From the IMG/VR virus record IMGVR_UViG_3300046171_000030, positions 1-54,633 of that record: a DNA stretch of 54,633 nt. One strand, given 5' to 3'. Shown here one piece after another: positions 30,483 to 40,781 of the stretch. The stretch is from a virus (lineage: Duplodnaviria; Caudoviricetes). The notes beneath the pieces are model-generated. The model searched no databases. It was not told the DNA's origin and was given only the letters and a program-made list of their open reading frames with translations. Position 1 is the stretch's first letter. Each line of letters begins with the position of its first letter. Made by a program: the position numbers and the translations under genes.

Positions 30483-30950
30483 TTATCTCCTTTTCACTTT
30501 TGTGCCGCCAAACTTAATAAACTTTGGATGCTTGTTCTTGCCTTTTTCCTTCAACCAGTCTTCAGGAATAATCCTGTCATAGTATCTAAAGCCGTATTTA
30601 ATACACCATTCACCATAGGTAGACTTTGCACCCTTACGTAACTTTCGTCTGCTACTCTCAAACACAAAACGAATATCTAGTTTTGGATGTTGTTTTTTAA
30701 TAGCCAAATGTTTTCGTCTATCTGCTGCAGTGAACATACCTTTTGTTTCAATAATAATTCCGTTGGACAGCACGAAGTCCGGTGTATAAGTTCTGTATGC
30801 TAGGTCTTCCCATTCAATCTTAACTGCCTCATACAAGAAATCAACTTTATGTTCTTTGAGGTAATCAGATACTTTTAGTTCAAGACCACTACGATACCCA
30901 TATTTACGTGCTGCCCTAAATTGTTTAGCGTTAGGCAATAACTTCTCCAA
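30483..30950 (-). CDS. Endonuclease I (T7 gp3-like Holliday junction resolvase)
   Basis: YRSGLE, YTPDF, IETKG, DIRFVF. Confidence 0.92.
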   Translation of the reverse strand: MEKLLPNAKQFRAARKYGYRSGLELKVSDYLKEHKVDFLYEAVKIEWEDLAYRTYTPDFVLSNGIIIETKGMFTAADRRKHLAIKKQHPKLDIRFVFESSRRKLRKGAKSTYGEWCIKYGFRYYDRIIPEDWLKEKGKNKHPKFIKFGGTKVKRR

Positions 30951-31782
30951 TATAGCTTACTATAGGTGGGTTCTTTGCCTGTGACTTTACAGATGGACGC
31001 TCAGTAAGACTATCCCAACAATCAAAACGGTAGTTACAAAATCTGCATCCATCATTAAGGACTTTATTACCTGTGGGCTTTCCACGAAAAGTTTCAGGCA
31101 CTGGTTCAAAACATCTTTCAAATTTATTCTCCTTTACTGTTTCAACCGTATTTTTAATTCTCCCTACTTCTTCTTCAACATCAATACCTTTAGCTGGTAC
31201 ATATTTAAACTTACCATTTGCCTTGTTGACTACCCACCAGCCACCTACCTTCTTGCCAGATGCTTTTGCATAACCTGCAAGCTGTGCTACGTAGCCAAAC
31301 CCATCACCACTTGCAAGGGTGTCATAGGATTCAAATTTGTTTCTGTATGACCAGTCTGAAGCTGACTTAATATCATCAACTGCACCATCAATGACAAGAT
31401 CATAAGAACCAGAAACACTGTCGTCACCAAGATCAAGAGTAACTTTGTCCGTGTCTTCATATTTAACTCCTGCTTCCTTGAGTATACCCTTGAACACAGC
31501 TTCGACAATATCGCCAATCATCATGTTCATTACGAATGTTGTTGGGAAGGGTAACGCTACCTCTGGCTTGTTCTTATCATACCAGAGTTGACAGGTTGGC
31601 CTACCTACGTTTGACATACGCAGACCAAACTTATCACGCTTGTTACCCCCACCAAACTGGCGTTTTGCAGCAGCCATGACATCTTCACCAATCTGTTTGA
31701 TTGTTTCAGGTGACACAGTTGAGTTGCCTTTTACAGCATCCTGAAGGTACTGATGCAATGCCAGTTCAGCGGGGTGATTCAT
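30931..31782 (-). CDS. PD-(D/E)XK exonuclease
   Basis: GSYD, DIKS, QLAGY; Cys cluster CRFCNYRFDC. Confidence 0.8.
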   Translation of the reverse strand: MNHPAELALHQYLQDAVKGNSTVSPETIKQIGEDVMAAAKRQFGGGNKRDKFGLRMSNVGRPTCQLWYDKNKPEVALPFPTTFVMNMMIGDIVEAVFKGILKEAGVKYEDTDKVTLDLGDDSVSGSYDLVIDGAVDDIKSASDWSYRNKFESYDTLASGDGFGYVAQLAGYAKASGKKVGGWWVVNKANGKFKYVPAKGIDVEEEVGRIKNTVETVKENKFERCFEPVPETFRGKPTGNKVLNDGCRFCNYRFDCWDSLTERPSVKSQAKNPPIVSYIGEVIA

Positions 31783-32684
31783 TATGCTACCTCTTCTTCG
31801 ATTTCGATGTCAACTAAATCATCTACGATTTCACTGTCACCATCTTCTAGCTTTGAGTTAACTTTGTCTGCCCAAGAATTAACAATGTACGAATTGTAAT
31901 TATCAATCCAAGATACAAAATCACCAAACATCACCTGATCTTCTTGGTTAAGGTCAATGGTTTTTGTGACATCAAGAGATACCACAGGAACGAAGAAGCT
32001 ATTACCATTAGGCATCTTGCGTTCATTTGTATTCGCCAAGAATGTATGCATAGGTGGAAGACGTTCCATCTTAGCAAGTTTAGTGAACACGTCACCAACC
32101 AACTTAAATGCATCACGATTGTCAATCTCCCAGATGAATGGTGTAACGTCAACTTCTACTGGTTCACCTTTAGCGTTGACCGGATCAATAAGTTCAACAG
32201 TGCCTAAGACAACACGTACACGCTTAATCTGTTTAATTAAGTCTTGTAGTTTCTCAGGTAATGCCTTGAAGTCCTGAATGTATCCAGCAGGTTTACCGCA
32301 GTTAAAACCACCATCATTATCTTTCAAGTCAGATTCCATCTTAGCGTCATCTGTCATCAAAGATTTAATGAAACGATTAGGTGCTTTAGCGTCACCCATA
32401 ACAAAACGCTTATACATGAAGCGTTGAATAAAGGCACGTACCTTAACGGATGAAGCATAGTAGGTTGGCCCATCTGGGATTTCCAATTTGTATGTTCCCC
32501 CTTCTACTACTTCTACATTTACATTTTTACCGTTTACTTCAGCAGTACCCATTACTGGCGAATGGTTAATACGAAGACGTGCAAGGGAACTAGATTTATC
32601 TTTGTTCCCACCTTCTTTCGCAATACCCATCATCTTCGCCATAGCGGCATAATTATTTTGGTCTATCGTTGTAAGTTCTGTCAT
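31782..32684 (-). CDS. Putative single-stranded DNA-binding protein
   Basis: 300 aa after polymerase, own promoter, acidic C-terminal tail. Confidence 0.55.
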   Translation of the reverse strand: MTELTTIDQNNYAAMAKMMGIAKEGGNKDKSSSLARLRINHSPVMGTAEVNGKNVNVEVVEGGTYKLEIPDGPTYYASSVKVRAFIQRFMYKRFVMGDAKAPNRFIKSLMTDDAKMESDLKDNDGGFNCGKPAGYIQDFKALPEKLQDLIKQIKRVRVVLGTVELIDPVNAKGEPVEVDVTPFIWEIDNRDAFKLVGDVFTKLAKMERLPPMHTFLANTNERKMPNGNSFFVPVVSLDVTKTIDLNQEDQVMFGDFVSWIDNYNSYIVNSWADKVNSKLEDGDSEIVDDLVDIEIEEEVA

Positions 32685-32720
32685 GTGTGTTACTCCTTTC
32701 TGTAGAGTGAATGAGGCATA

Positions 32721-32749
32721 GTTATATCACGCTATGTCCTTAGTGTCAA
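32721..32749 (-). promoter_or_regulatory. Sigma70-like promoter overlapping 3' end of polymerase gene
   Basis: Minus strand TTGACA-N17-TATAAC. Confidence 0.7.
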
Positions 32750-34769
32750 GCCAATTCGGTCCAATTTTTGCTTCTAAAAGTAGCGGCACATTAAAGTTTA
32801 CACCCCAACGTGCAGCGATAAGTTTAGGTAGTACTTCATTAGTAGCGTCTATGATATTGAGTACCTGTGATTCTTCTTCAGGATGAACATCAATGACTAT
32901 ACTATCATGAACTGTATTCACTATACACGATTGCATACCCTTTAGCAACTCATCAATATGTAATAATGCAATCGGTACAATGTCTGCTGTAGCGAATGAT
33001 TGCACAGGGTAATTCTTAATCTGTGTAAAGTGTGATACACGTCCAGTAGCCTTACGTACCACATCAGGGAACGCAAACTCACGACCACTGGGCGTGGTAA
33101 TCTTTTGTGTTGTTATAGCTTCTTTAGCCAATCGGGCATGCCAAGCTGCCACGCCTTTGTATTTGCTGTTGAAATGTTCGTAGTACGCTGCTTCTGCTTT
33201 GCTTCTGCCATATCCTGTTGCGCCGTAGAGTGGTGCAAACGTATGCGCTTTCGCATCCTGCCTACTCGTAGGTTGACCAGCGGTACTAATAACTTCAGCG
33301 GTGTATGCATGTACATCAAATCCAGTAGATACTTCTTCAATTGCTACCTCATCTTGTGATAAATAAGCGGCAGCACGAAACTCTAGCTGTGCAAAGTCAG
33401 CTTCAAGTATCTTACCACCTTCAAATCGTGACACAAATACTTTCTTCACAGGAAACGTGCCGCCACGTGGCATGTTCTGCATATTAGGATCAGCGCCAGA
33501 GAAACGTCCAGTAGCTGTGCGATGCTGCAGCAGTCTTACATGCAGCTTACCGTCATGCTTTGTATGTGTCGCAATACCCTCAACAAAAGAAGATAGGTAG
33601 GTATCCACAGCACTCAGTCGGCGTACCTTGTACAGAAAATCTTCTGCATCCTTCATGCCCTTACTACGTGCGGCACCCTCAAGTATCTCAAGGTTTTGTT
33701 TACTAGTAGTGAAACCATTAGCACTTGCCCATTTAGCTGATGGTGGTTTGAACTTAAAGCCAGCCAGAACATCAGTTGGATTAAATAAGAATCCAGCAGT
33801 ATCACATTCTTTGCAACGACTAGGGTTTGCGAATGGATCACCATTCTTTTTAGTCTTACGAACATAACCAGCACCATTACATGATGGACATTGCTGTGCA
33901 ACAGTTTTGTATAAACGCTTCGTACCTGATGACATCATTCTATCAAATTCACTGTTTGACATATATGGGTCAATATGTGCAGCCCACTCAGTTTTATCAA
34001 GAACCTTGCGACCATAGATAACCCAAGACAATTGCTCTGGGCTGTTAAGGTTAATAGGTGTGTCACCCATCACCTTACGCACGTGTGACTGCAAGTCCGA
34101 TTCAAGTTGTTTCTTTTCTTGTTCAAACTCTTGTCGTACTTCATCTAGCTTAGACAGATCAACTGCAAAGCCACGCTGATATATACGTGCAAGCGAAACA
34201 CAAACCTGATTAGTTAAAGTAACAGTGTTTAGTAGTCCACTGTCAGGTAGTGTATTCAAACGATACCACAGTTTATCAGCAAGCTGCTGCGTAGCGTGTA
34301 AGTCAGCAGACAGATACTCTGACAACTCAGCGTGTGGTATATCACGAGTACTATAGCCTTTCTTGAAGTACTCTTTCAATGTGTCTTGCTTCTTTGTGTC
34401 TAACTCATATCTTTCTGCACAAGCCTCAAGTGACAATGGCTCTTTGATACCACGCTGTAACACATACTCTGCCAACATAGTATCAAAGACTGCACCATCA
34501 TACTTAAAGCCAGACTCCCACAGCCACATCAAATCATAGGCAGCGTTATGGCAGATGATGACCGTAGCTTTGTCTAACCACTCCTGAACAACAGTATGTC
34601 CAAAGTCGTCAGCATCAACCTCACTGTGATCAAATGTAACAATTCGCTCAACACCCTGATCGTTAAGCATACCAACCATTGTCAATGAGTTCTCTGGCTC
34701 AAAGGGGTCAAGGTGCATCTTACCATCACGATTTGTGACTGTGTTTTCTACATCAAGTGTTATCTTCAT
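32727..34769 (-). CDS. polA: DNA polymerase family A with DnaJ-like zinc-finger insertion
   Basis: Exo DVE, HNAAYD, YLSAD; TATGRFS, DFAQLE, RQDAKAHTFAPLYG, VHDS; insertion CPSCNGAG...CKECDTAG. Confidence 0.96.
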   Translation of the reverse strand: MKITLDVENTVTNRDGKMHLDPFEPENSLTMVGMLNDQGVERIVTFDHSEVDADDFGHTVVQEWLDKATVIICHNAAYDLMWLWESGFKYDGAVFDTMLAEYVLQRGIKEPLSLEACAERYELDTKKQDTLKEYFKKGYSTRDIPHAELSEYLSADLHATQQLADKLWYRLNTLPDSGLLNTVTLTNQVCVSLARIYQRGFAVDLSKLDEVRQEFEQEKKQLESDLQSHVRKVMGDTPINLNSPEQLSWVIYGRKVLDKTEWAAHIDPYMSNSEFDRMMSSGTKRLYKTVAQQCPSCNGAGYVRKTKKNGDPFANPSRCKECDTAGFLFNPTDVLAGFKFKPPSAKWASANGFTTSKQNLEILEGAARSKGMKDAEDFLYKVRRLSAVDTYLSSFVEGIATHTKHDGKLHVRLLQHRTATGRFSGADPNMQNMPRGGTFPVKKVFVSRFEGGKILEADFAQLEFRAAAYLSQDEVAIEEVSTGFDVHAYTAEVISTAGQPTSRQDAKAHTFAPLYGATGYGRSKAEAAYYEHFNSKYKGVAAWHARLAKEAITTQKITTPSGREFAFPDVVRKATGRVSHFTQIKNYPVQSFATADIVPIALLHIDELLKGMQSCIVNTVHDSIVIDVHPEEESQVLNIIDATNEVLPKLIAARWGVNFNVPLLLEAKIGPNWLDTKDIA

Positions 34770-35989
34770 ACTGTATACCTCGCTGTCTGATATTCAAGTT
34801 CACAGTGTACCACACCATGCCACCCTGTCAACTTATTCTTTACAACATTTAGGTGACGTTGTGTATCTTCTTCATCTTGCCCATCTACTACAGGGTTCTT
34901 GGCAATCAATACCATCAAGTCAGCTTCAGCAGCTTTACCTGTGCGTGAGCCTTCCATCATTGACTGGTTAAGCAGTACTTTGCCTTCGGCATCAGCAGAT
35001 AACTGTGACATATAAAACATTGCACACTCATGCTGCTTGGCAATCATACGTGCATGAACAGCATTAGCTTTAAGTGCTTCATCTGTACGAGCGAAACCAC
35101 CTGTCTTGGCAAACTTATCGCCCATGTCTAGCAGTACAATATCAGGCTTGTACGATTTGCAAATGGACTCAACCCAATTCATGTCACGACCTGTTGCATC
35201 TTTAATCTTAATGCGTTCCTTCACAGGTGCATATAACTCACGTGCTTTAGCTGGATTGTCTTTAATCTCACGCATAGTCATTCCAGTTGCAGCAGTAAGG
35301 TATCTAGCACCCACACGATGGTAGCCTTCTTCATTACACAAGATGATGCAGTTAGCACCTTGATGTGCAAACCCACCCGGTGCAGCAATTAAGCTGGCGT
35401 GGAATGATGTCTTACCTGTGTTGGGTCTAGCACCTACCTCAATCAAGTGTCCAGCATTAACGCCTTCTACCTTACGTGTAAGGCTAGGAATGTTGAATGT
35501 CCAACGTGCCTCTAGGTCATTGCGTGATAGCAGTGTTTCAATGTCGATGTCATCCCACTCCACATTTAGGTTGGGGGTGAAGTCATCACCATATTGCTCA
35601 AGCAACATACGCAATGGCTCAAGGCTAGACTTGTCACCATTCACATAATCAAAGCCAAGATTGGCAATGTCTTCTCCAACAACCTGCTGGAACAGTTTAG
35701 ATAACACTTCTTGTGCTACGTCACTGCCCATTGGATGCTCTTGTTTAATCTTATGAAACAAAGAAGAGTATGCCTGCTTCTGTGCTGTAGTCATTGTTGG
35801 GTTGTTTGAAATAAACAGAGCCTCAATCTCATCAGGTGTTACAGTACGCTCATAACGATCCATAGCTGTATCAATAGCCTGTTTGATTTTACGCACATCC
35901 TTGCTGAACAATCTGTCAGGGCAACGTGCGCCACGATGGTCATCATAAAATGACCTATCCATTAAACTTCTAATCAGTGATAATTCCAT
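34766..35989 (-). CDS. DnaB-like SF4 replicative helicase
   Basis: Walker A GARPNTGKT, SQL, AEADL, VVKNK. Confidence 0.9.
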   Translation of the reverse strand: MELSLIRSLMDRSFYDDHRGARCPDRLFSKDVRKIKQAIDTAMDRYERTVTPDEIEALFISNNPTMTTAQKQAYSSLFHKIKQEHPMGSDVAQEVLSKLFQQVVGEDIANLGFDYVNGDKSSLEPLRMLLEQYGDDFTPNLNVEWDDIDIETLLSRNDLEARWTFNIPSLTRKVEGVNAGHLIEVGARPNTGKTSFHASLIAAPGGFAHQGANCIILCNEEGYHRVGARYLTAATGMTMREIKDNPAKARELYAPVKERIKIKDATGRDMNWVESICKSYKPDIVLLDMGDKFAKTGGFARTDEALKANAVHARMIAKQHECAMFYMSQLSADAEGKVLLNQSMMEGSRTGKAAEADLMVLIAKNPVVDGQDEEDTQRHLNVVKNKLTGWHGVVHCELEYQTARYTV

Positions 35990-36740
35990 ATAAATTCTCC
36001 ATATCTGTCGGGTTACGATATTTCAAGTCATCTTTTAGTTTTAGTACACGAACATCGTTTACGTGTCCTCTTAATTCCTTTGCCATCTGTAACGTCTTAG
36101 GTAGCGCATCGGGGTCTAACGCTATAATTGCTGTTGAGAACTGTGCAAGATACCCTTTATGCGATTCTTGCAGAGATGTTCCAAGAAGCGCAACCCCGAC
36201 AAAGGAACCGTAACCAACAACGGCTGCACTTACACAGTCCTCAACAACTACTGCGACATTACCACAACCATACGTGTATGGCAAGCCACTTTTTCCATAT
36301 CTTTTCCATTTAGGTAGACGCTTGCCAATTGCACGACCAGTAGCATCTACGATTTTTCCATCATGTACGACAGGGAAAACAATCCTGTCTTCTTTAACAT
36401 CATACATAACACCTAACTCATCTGGATCAAGTTTATATTGATAGCAAAAGTTTAGTACAGTACGCTTATCTCTGTGAGGTATAATGTAACTAGGCAGTTC
36501 AAATGTCTGCGTAGCAAACTCTTCTGCACCACTAAACCCAGCACGTATGTCATCCATAGACAGATGCACTCTAGTGCCACCTTTGATATTGCAGGATGCT
36601 TTATAACAGTTCCACACAAGAGAACCCATATTGTTGGTCACTGTGAATGTACGATAGCCACCACAGTTAGGACAATCTACTCTCTTTGTAGTTCCATTAG
36701 TAATATCCATATCACTTACAATGTTATATATATTATTCAT
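35970..36740 (-). CDS. DNA primase
   Basis: Zn finger CPNC..CYKASC; TOPRIM VVED and LDPDA. Confidence 0.88.
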   Translation of the reverse strand: MNNIYNIVSDMDITNGTTKRVDCPNCGGYRTFTVTNNMGSLVWNCYKASCNIKGGTRVHLSMDDIRAGFSGAEEFATQTFELPSYIIPHRDKRTVLNFCYQYKLDPDELGVMYDVKEDRIVFPVVHDGKIVDATGRAIGKRLPKWKRYGKSGLPYTYGCGNVAVVVEDCVSAAVVGYGSFVGVALLGTSLQESHKGYLAQFSTAIIALDPDALPKTLQMAKELRGHVNDVRVLKLKDDLKYRNPTDMENLYGIITD

Positions 36741-37666
36741 GTATTATCACTTTCCTTTGCGGCACTTGCTATGCTTATACCATGTGTTTTTCTAGCTGTC
36801 AATGCACTATCTGCACTTTGTAGTGTATTTTTTAAGTACGGTTTTACTGAAGATGGATTAGCATGTCCTGTAACCGACATAATTTGTGCCATACCGACAC
36901 CTGCCTCTACCATTTCAGTTGTACCAGTCCTTCGTAAATCAGATAGTCTTAATTCACTTGACAATCCTGCTGCATCCATAATCTTACGGCTATGTAACGG
37001 TAGTTTGTACAAGCTGTAAGGTATGAACTTACCATTGATAGGCTTTGGTCTAGGTGCAACATACTTCTGAAAGCCAAAGTCCTGCTCTTGCTGCTTCAGC
37101 ATCTCAAATAAATCATCTTCAATGGGCAAATGTACCTCTGCCTTACGCTTCGACTGCTCAATGTAAACAGTCTGTGCATCAAAGTCGATGGCATCCCATG
37201 TGAGCAGACGCATATCACCCAGACGTTGGCACCATTCATAGGCCATGTGAGCAATCAAACCGATGTTACGGCTGCTAAAATCGCCGTAGGCGGCGTTTAG
37301 GAACTTCTGTACATCCTCCCTACCCCAAACAACCTTACGCCTGTCAGCAGCCCTTTTACGCACGTTAGCGAAAGGATTGATTACACACATCTCCATACGC
37401 AATCCGTGATTGAATACAATGCGAGTGACTGACAGCAGGTGATTTGCTGTTGAGATACCACGTTCACACCAGTCGTTGTATGCAATCTTAGCAACACGAG
37501 TTGGCATGTCGGTGTAATTGTATTGGCAGAGGGGCTTGCCCTCTACCTCTGTGTTTAGCATGACGTTTAGCAGATACTTATAATGTCCTTTAGTTTCATC
37601 ACGTAAGTTCCTGTAATCGTAGGAAGAATAGTAGTCGTTTACTAACTTAAGAAGTTTCTTCATCAC
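36737..37666 (-). CDS. int: Tyrosine recombinase/integrase
   Basis: QRLGD (R), QSKR (K), SDLRRT, TGH, KPY (Y). Confidence 0.9.
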   Translation of the reverse strand: MMKKLLKLVNDYYSSYDYRNLRDETKGHYKYLLNVMLNTEVEGKPLCQYNYTDMPTRVAKIAYNDWCERGISTANHLLSVTRIVFNHGLRMEMCVINPFANVRKRAADRRKVVWGREDVQKFLNAAYGDFSSRNIGLIAHMAYEWCQRLGDMRLLTWDAIDFDAQTVYIEQSKRKAEVHLPIEDDLFEMLKQQEQDFGFQKYVAPRPKPINGKFIPYSLYKLPLHSRKIMDAAGLSSELRLSDLRRTGTTEMVEAGVGMAQIMSVTGHANPSSVKPYLKNTLQSADSALTARKTHGISIASAAKESDNT

Positions 37667-37847
37667 TCTCCTCCCAATCTATTACAACTTTCCATCCAAG
37701 AACTTTAACTTCAAAACCTGCTACGTACAGATTATGTTTCCAATTCATTATGTCTACTATTATATTTCTTTCTGTTTCCTCTGACAGATTTAATTCTTCT
37801 CTCCAATCGCTCATATCAGTATTTCCTTTCATAGAACTCAAAACCAA
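37647..37847 (-). CDS. Hypothetical protein (likely start at MSDWREE)
   Basis: ORF with AAGGA RBS before internal ATG. Confidence 0.5.
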   Translation of the reverse strand: MVLSSMKGNTDMSDWREELNLSEETERNIIVDIMNWKHNLYVAGFEVKVLGWKVVIDWEESDEETS

Positions 37848-38280
37848 ATTGCTGACAATATTCTTCTATCGTATCGAGCTTTTGTTTAAACCCATTCTCA
37901 CAACGAATATTCTTTTTTAGATAAGCAAGAGCAGCCTCTTCTGTTTCATACTCATGATAGCCTTCTTCAGAGTAGAAATCATCTATGCGGGTTGCGTCCT
38001 CTACGTCATACCAGTACTTGATTATGTACTTAGGTTTATAGGTATATCCAGTTGATGTAACACCTCTTGGTTTTTTTAACCAGCGTCTGTACTCTTCCAT
38101 ACGTTGAACCAAGCTACTCAGCCATAAGGGGCATCTATCTTCTAATTCACCAGTCCGTATTAACTCGTAGGCTATAGGAAGCCACCGTGTTGGCGGCTCC
38201 CATTTATTTGTTTCAGGATTAATGAATACATCTTTCCAAGTGTATTCTTGTATGTCACCAGTTTCATCTAAGATCGCCAT
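37816..38280 (-). CDS. Hypothetical aromatic-rich protein
   Basis: 154 aa, TAATG coupling. Confidence 0.55.
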   Translation of the reverse strand: MAILDETGDIQEYTWKDVFINPETNKWEPPTRWLPIAYELIRTGELEDRCPLWLSSLVQRMEEYRRWLKKPRGVTSTGYTYKPKYIIKYWYDVEDATRIDDFYSEEGYHEYETEEAALAYLKKNIRCENGFKQKLDTIEEYCQQFGFEFYERKY

Positions 38281-39125
38281 TACGCTGCAACCTGCTGAAA
38301 CTGAGGTGAATCAATCCACTTGGCAACTTCCTGTTCTCTTGCCCACATGGACTGTGCTTCAGTGTCATTGCCAGTGTTACGAAGGTTGAACCCATTACGC
38401 TCATCGGCATAGCTGGCATAGTTTGTGAAGGCAGAATATAATGCCCAAACATTACGTCCACGTGTGCTAACCTCTTGATTATAAAGGGTAAACATCTTCT
38501 CTGACTTGCGTTCAGATTTAACTACAGCCTCAAGCAAATCTTTAACATCAACAGTCATAAGACTTGTGTTAGCCCAACGCTGGAACTTGTCAGCAGTTTC
38601 ATAGAAGTCTGTGACAGATGACTGCAACTCTTGAATAAACTTATCCAAGCTGAAGTTGCTAGTGTTCTTACGCTTGATCTTGTCATAGTCACCAGTGACC
38701 ATTCCATTTGTACAGAAGAAGTCTATAGCACCGAAGAAGACCATGTTGCTGCATGAACCATCAATGCCGTGCAAGGCAATCAGGCGAGGTGCAATGGTTG
38801 TGCTATGCTTGTCTGTAGTAATCTTACGCAGGACGTTAGGCATCGTCATGTCCATCATAACCCATGCATTGCTACGTGCAGTCTTGTAGTTGATGTTCAT
38901 GTTTTCACAGAACTCTGCACCAAGATGTTCAGATACAGCGTTATGTGCTTGGGTGAAGAAGTCACCATGTGAGGCACAGTTAAAGCCATTGCCTACAATA
39001 CCAATGTAGTCACCTGTGTTGCCATTGATGACATACTTTGACTTATCAAACTTAGTTGGCTCAAAGACCACAGGGAAGTTGATGTGATCTGGTAGTAGTG
39101 TTTCGGGTGTAAAATCTAGTGGCAT
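38280..39125 (-). CDS. DUF932-family protein
   Basis: HGIDGS, FFCTNG, WALYSAFT. Confidence 0.75.
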   Translation of the reverse strand: MPLDFTPETLLPDHINFPVVFEPTKFDKSKYVINGNTGDYIGIVGNGFNCASHGDFFTQAHNAVSEHLGAEFCENMNINYKTARSNAWVMMDMTMPNVLRKITTDKHSTTIAPRLIALHGIDGSCSNMVFFGAIDFFCTNGMVTGDYDKIKRKNTSNFSLDKFIQELQSSVTDFYETADKFQRWANTSLMTVDVKDLLEAVVKSERKSEKMFTLYNQEVSTRGRNVWALYSAFTNYASYADERNGFNLRNTGNDTEAQSMWAREQEVAKWIDSPQFQQVAA

Positions 39126-39235
39126 AATAATTCTCCTTTCATAGAGTCAATTGATATTCTTTTATATCAGTAAACTTTCACAAAGTAAAGACTGCTAGTA
39201 CAACAAATATTATTACTCCTATTATAATATCCATT

Positions 39236-39487
39236 CTAATAGTTCCAATATTTTACTTCAACATTGTCATCAACAATCAGCCGCCTCATCACAAACCACG
39301 CCTTATCCATGTTGCGTAAATCCTCATAGCTAATCTCGCACAACTCAGACACTGATTCTCTGATAGGCACAAAAGCCTGTAGCATTTCCAATACAGCCTG
39401 TTGCTGTTTAGGTGTCATGCTTTTCCATGTAGCAGTAGCCTGCTCCTTGTTGATTTCCCATTCTGATTTAACTTTTTTCTTTGTCAT
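39236..39487 (-). CDS. Hypothetical protein
   Basis: 83 aa, AAGGAG RBS. Confidence 0.6.
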   Translation of the reverse strand: MTKKKVKSEWEINKEQATATWKSMTPKQQQAVLEMLQAFVPIRESVSELCEISYEDLRNMDKAWFVMRRLIVDDNVEVKYWNY

Positions 39488-39555
39488 GTCTATTCTCCTT
39501 TACATTAGTATTAACAATAGTGGTATTACAGTTATCCACAACAACAACTCCATCT

Positions 39556-40071
39556 TCATTCTCCTCTCATCCATTGTGGCATCTCACGGCCTTTGTTATA
39601 ACGTGCGAACTTTGATTTGTCAACTACATAAAATGCACGGTAAGCCATGATAGGCCAACGCTCATCTGTCTTCAGGTCATCGTGTCCACTGAAGCATTGA
39701 GGGTGCGGGGTAAGACCAACAGCACCTTCACCTGTCGTGTTTGGTATGTGTTTTGTGCCATGATACAACGCAGCCTTGTGTTTACCTGCCCCATGATCTT
39801 TGCCATAGCGGTGTGTGTATTCACGCAGCATTGCGTCATACAGGGTGTATGCAAATGAGTAGTTAGCTTGGTTGTCCATAGCCCACAATGTGCATGGATG
39901 TTTCTGATGCACAGGCTTGTACAGGCCATGTTCTTCTGCATAGTCAGGGGCATGATGCCACACAGCAGTGCATAGCATCTGCGCTTCTTCCAATGGCATC
40001 TTCACAATGTGCTGGTCACATAGCTGCTTGGCTATGGCATCAGGGTGATGGTCAATTAGAAATCTATTCAT
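39556..40071 (-). CDS. Pyrimidine-dimer DNA glycosylase (T4 endonuclease V-like family)
   Basis: Start MNRFL after GAGGAG; CDQHIVKMPLEEAQML, YKPVHQKHPC, AYRAFY. Confidence 0.78.
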   Translation of the reverse strand: MNRFLIDHHPDAIAKQLCDQHIVKMPLEEAQMLCTAVWHHAPDYAEEHGLYKPVHQKHPCTLWAMDNQANYSFAYTLYDAMLREYTHRYGKDHGAGKHKAALYHGTKHIPNTTGEGAVGLTPHPQCFSGHDDLKTDERWPIMAYRAFYVVDKSKFARYNKGREMPQWMRGE

Positions 40072-40294
40072 TGCAATTCTCCTCATACCATGTCTTGAAC
40101 TTGTGATAAGCCAATAGCTTATATGCTTCCAAGTCAAGGGTTTCCCAATCTCGTATGCTAATACCACATACTTCATGCGTGTTTTCAATCTCAGAGTCTA
40201 GCATCACCATCAAAGCGTTAGCTTCGTTGCGTGTTAGCTGTATCCATAGTGTGTTATCTTTAGCCATCGTAATCGCCTCCTTCATCACGTTCAT
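40064..40294 (-). CDS. Hypothetical early protein
   Basis: GGAGG RBS before MAKDN. Confidence 0.5.
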   Translation of the reverse strand: MNVMKEAITMAKDNTLWIQLTRNEANALMVMLDSEIENTHEVCGISIRDWETLDLEAYKLLAYHKFKTWYEENCNE

Positions 40295-40472
40295 GTAAGT
40301 CGCCTACATCTACATCATCACAGAGGTATGAGTAATTGTAGTTGGATAAGTTGAATAGCTTGACAGTGCCATCCTCATTACGGACGTAATCATCTGCCTC
40401 TACATCCACTACGGATAAGGACAAATCCCAAACCGCTACTGCATACGTTTTATTAGGGTCAAACATCGTCAA
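40260..40472 (-). CDS. Hypothetical acidic early protein
   Basis: GAGGAG RBS; tight packing. Confidence 0.5.
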   Translation of the reverse strand: MTMFDPNKTYAVAVWDLSLSVVDVEADDYVRNEDGTVKLFNLSNYNYSYLCDDVDVGDLHERDEGGDYDG

Positions 40473-40614
40473 TCTCCTCTATATTAATTTCAACTTCTCT
40501 CACGTGGTCATCCCATATGGTATGAATTGCATCCTCGTGTGCGTCTTCCTCTGTGTCACCTTCCACCTCAAATTTGTGGTAGACTGCGACATATGCTGTC
40601 CATCGTTTACCCAT
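40459..40614 (-). CDS. Small acidic protein missing from ORF track (51 aa)
   Basis: MGKRWTAYVAVYHKFEVEGDTEEDA...; GGAGG RBS. Confidence 0.55.
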   Translation of the reverse strand: MGKRWTAYVAVYHKFEVEGDTEEDAHEDAIHTIWDDHVREVEINIEEIDDV

Positions 40615-40625
40615 GCTCACCTCCA

Positions 40626-40781
40626 TTACCATTCCACAGGGTAGAATACTTCTACCATGCTATCACACTTAGGGCAAGTCAGTATCGTGACCATGCTAAA
40701 CTCATCACCACGATGCTCATCAGGGTTGATGTCATGGTCATTGCCCCAGATTAACTCGGTGTTACAGTGCCAACAGTTCAT
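40626..40781 (-). CDS. Small zinc-ribbon protein missing from ORF track (51 aa)
   Basis: MNCWHC...LTCPKC. Confidence 0.65.
   Translation of the reverse strand: MNCWHCNTELIWGNDHDINPDEHRGDEFSMVTILTCPKCDSMVEVFYPVEW

Noticed and set aside
30931-31782. Cas4/CRISPR adaptation gene
   Set aside because: PD-(D/E)XK nuclease in a standard phage replication cluster, no CRISPR context
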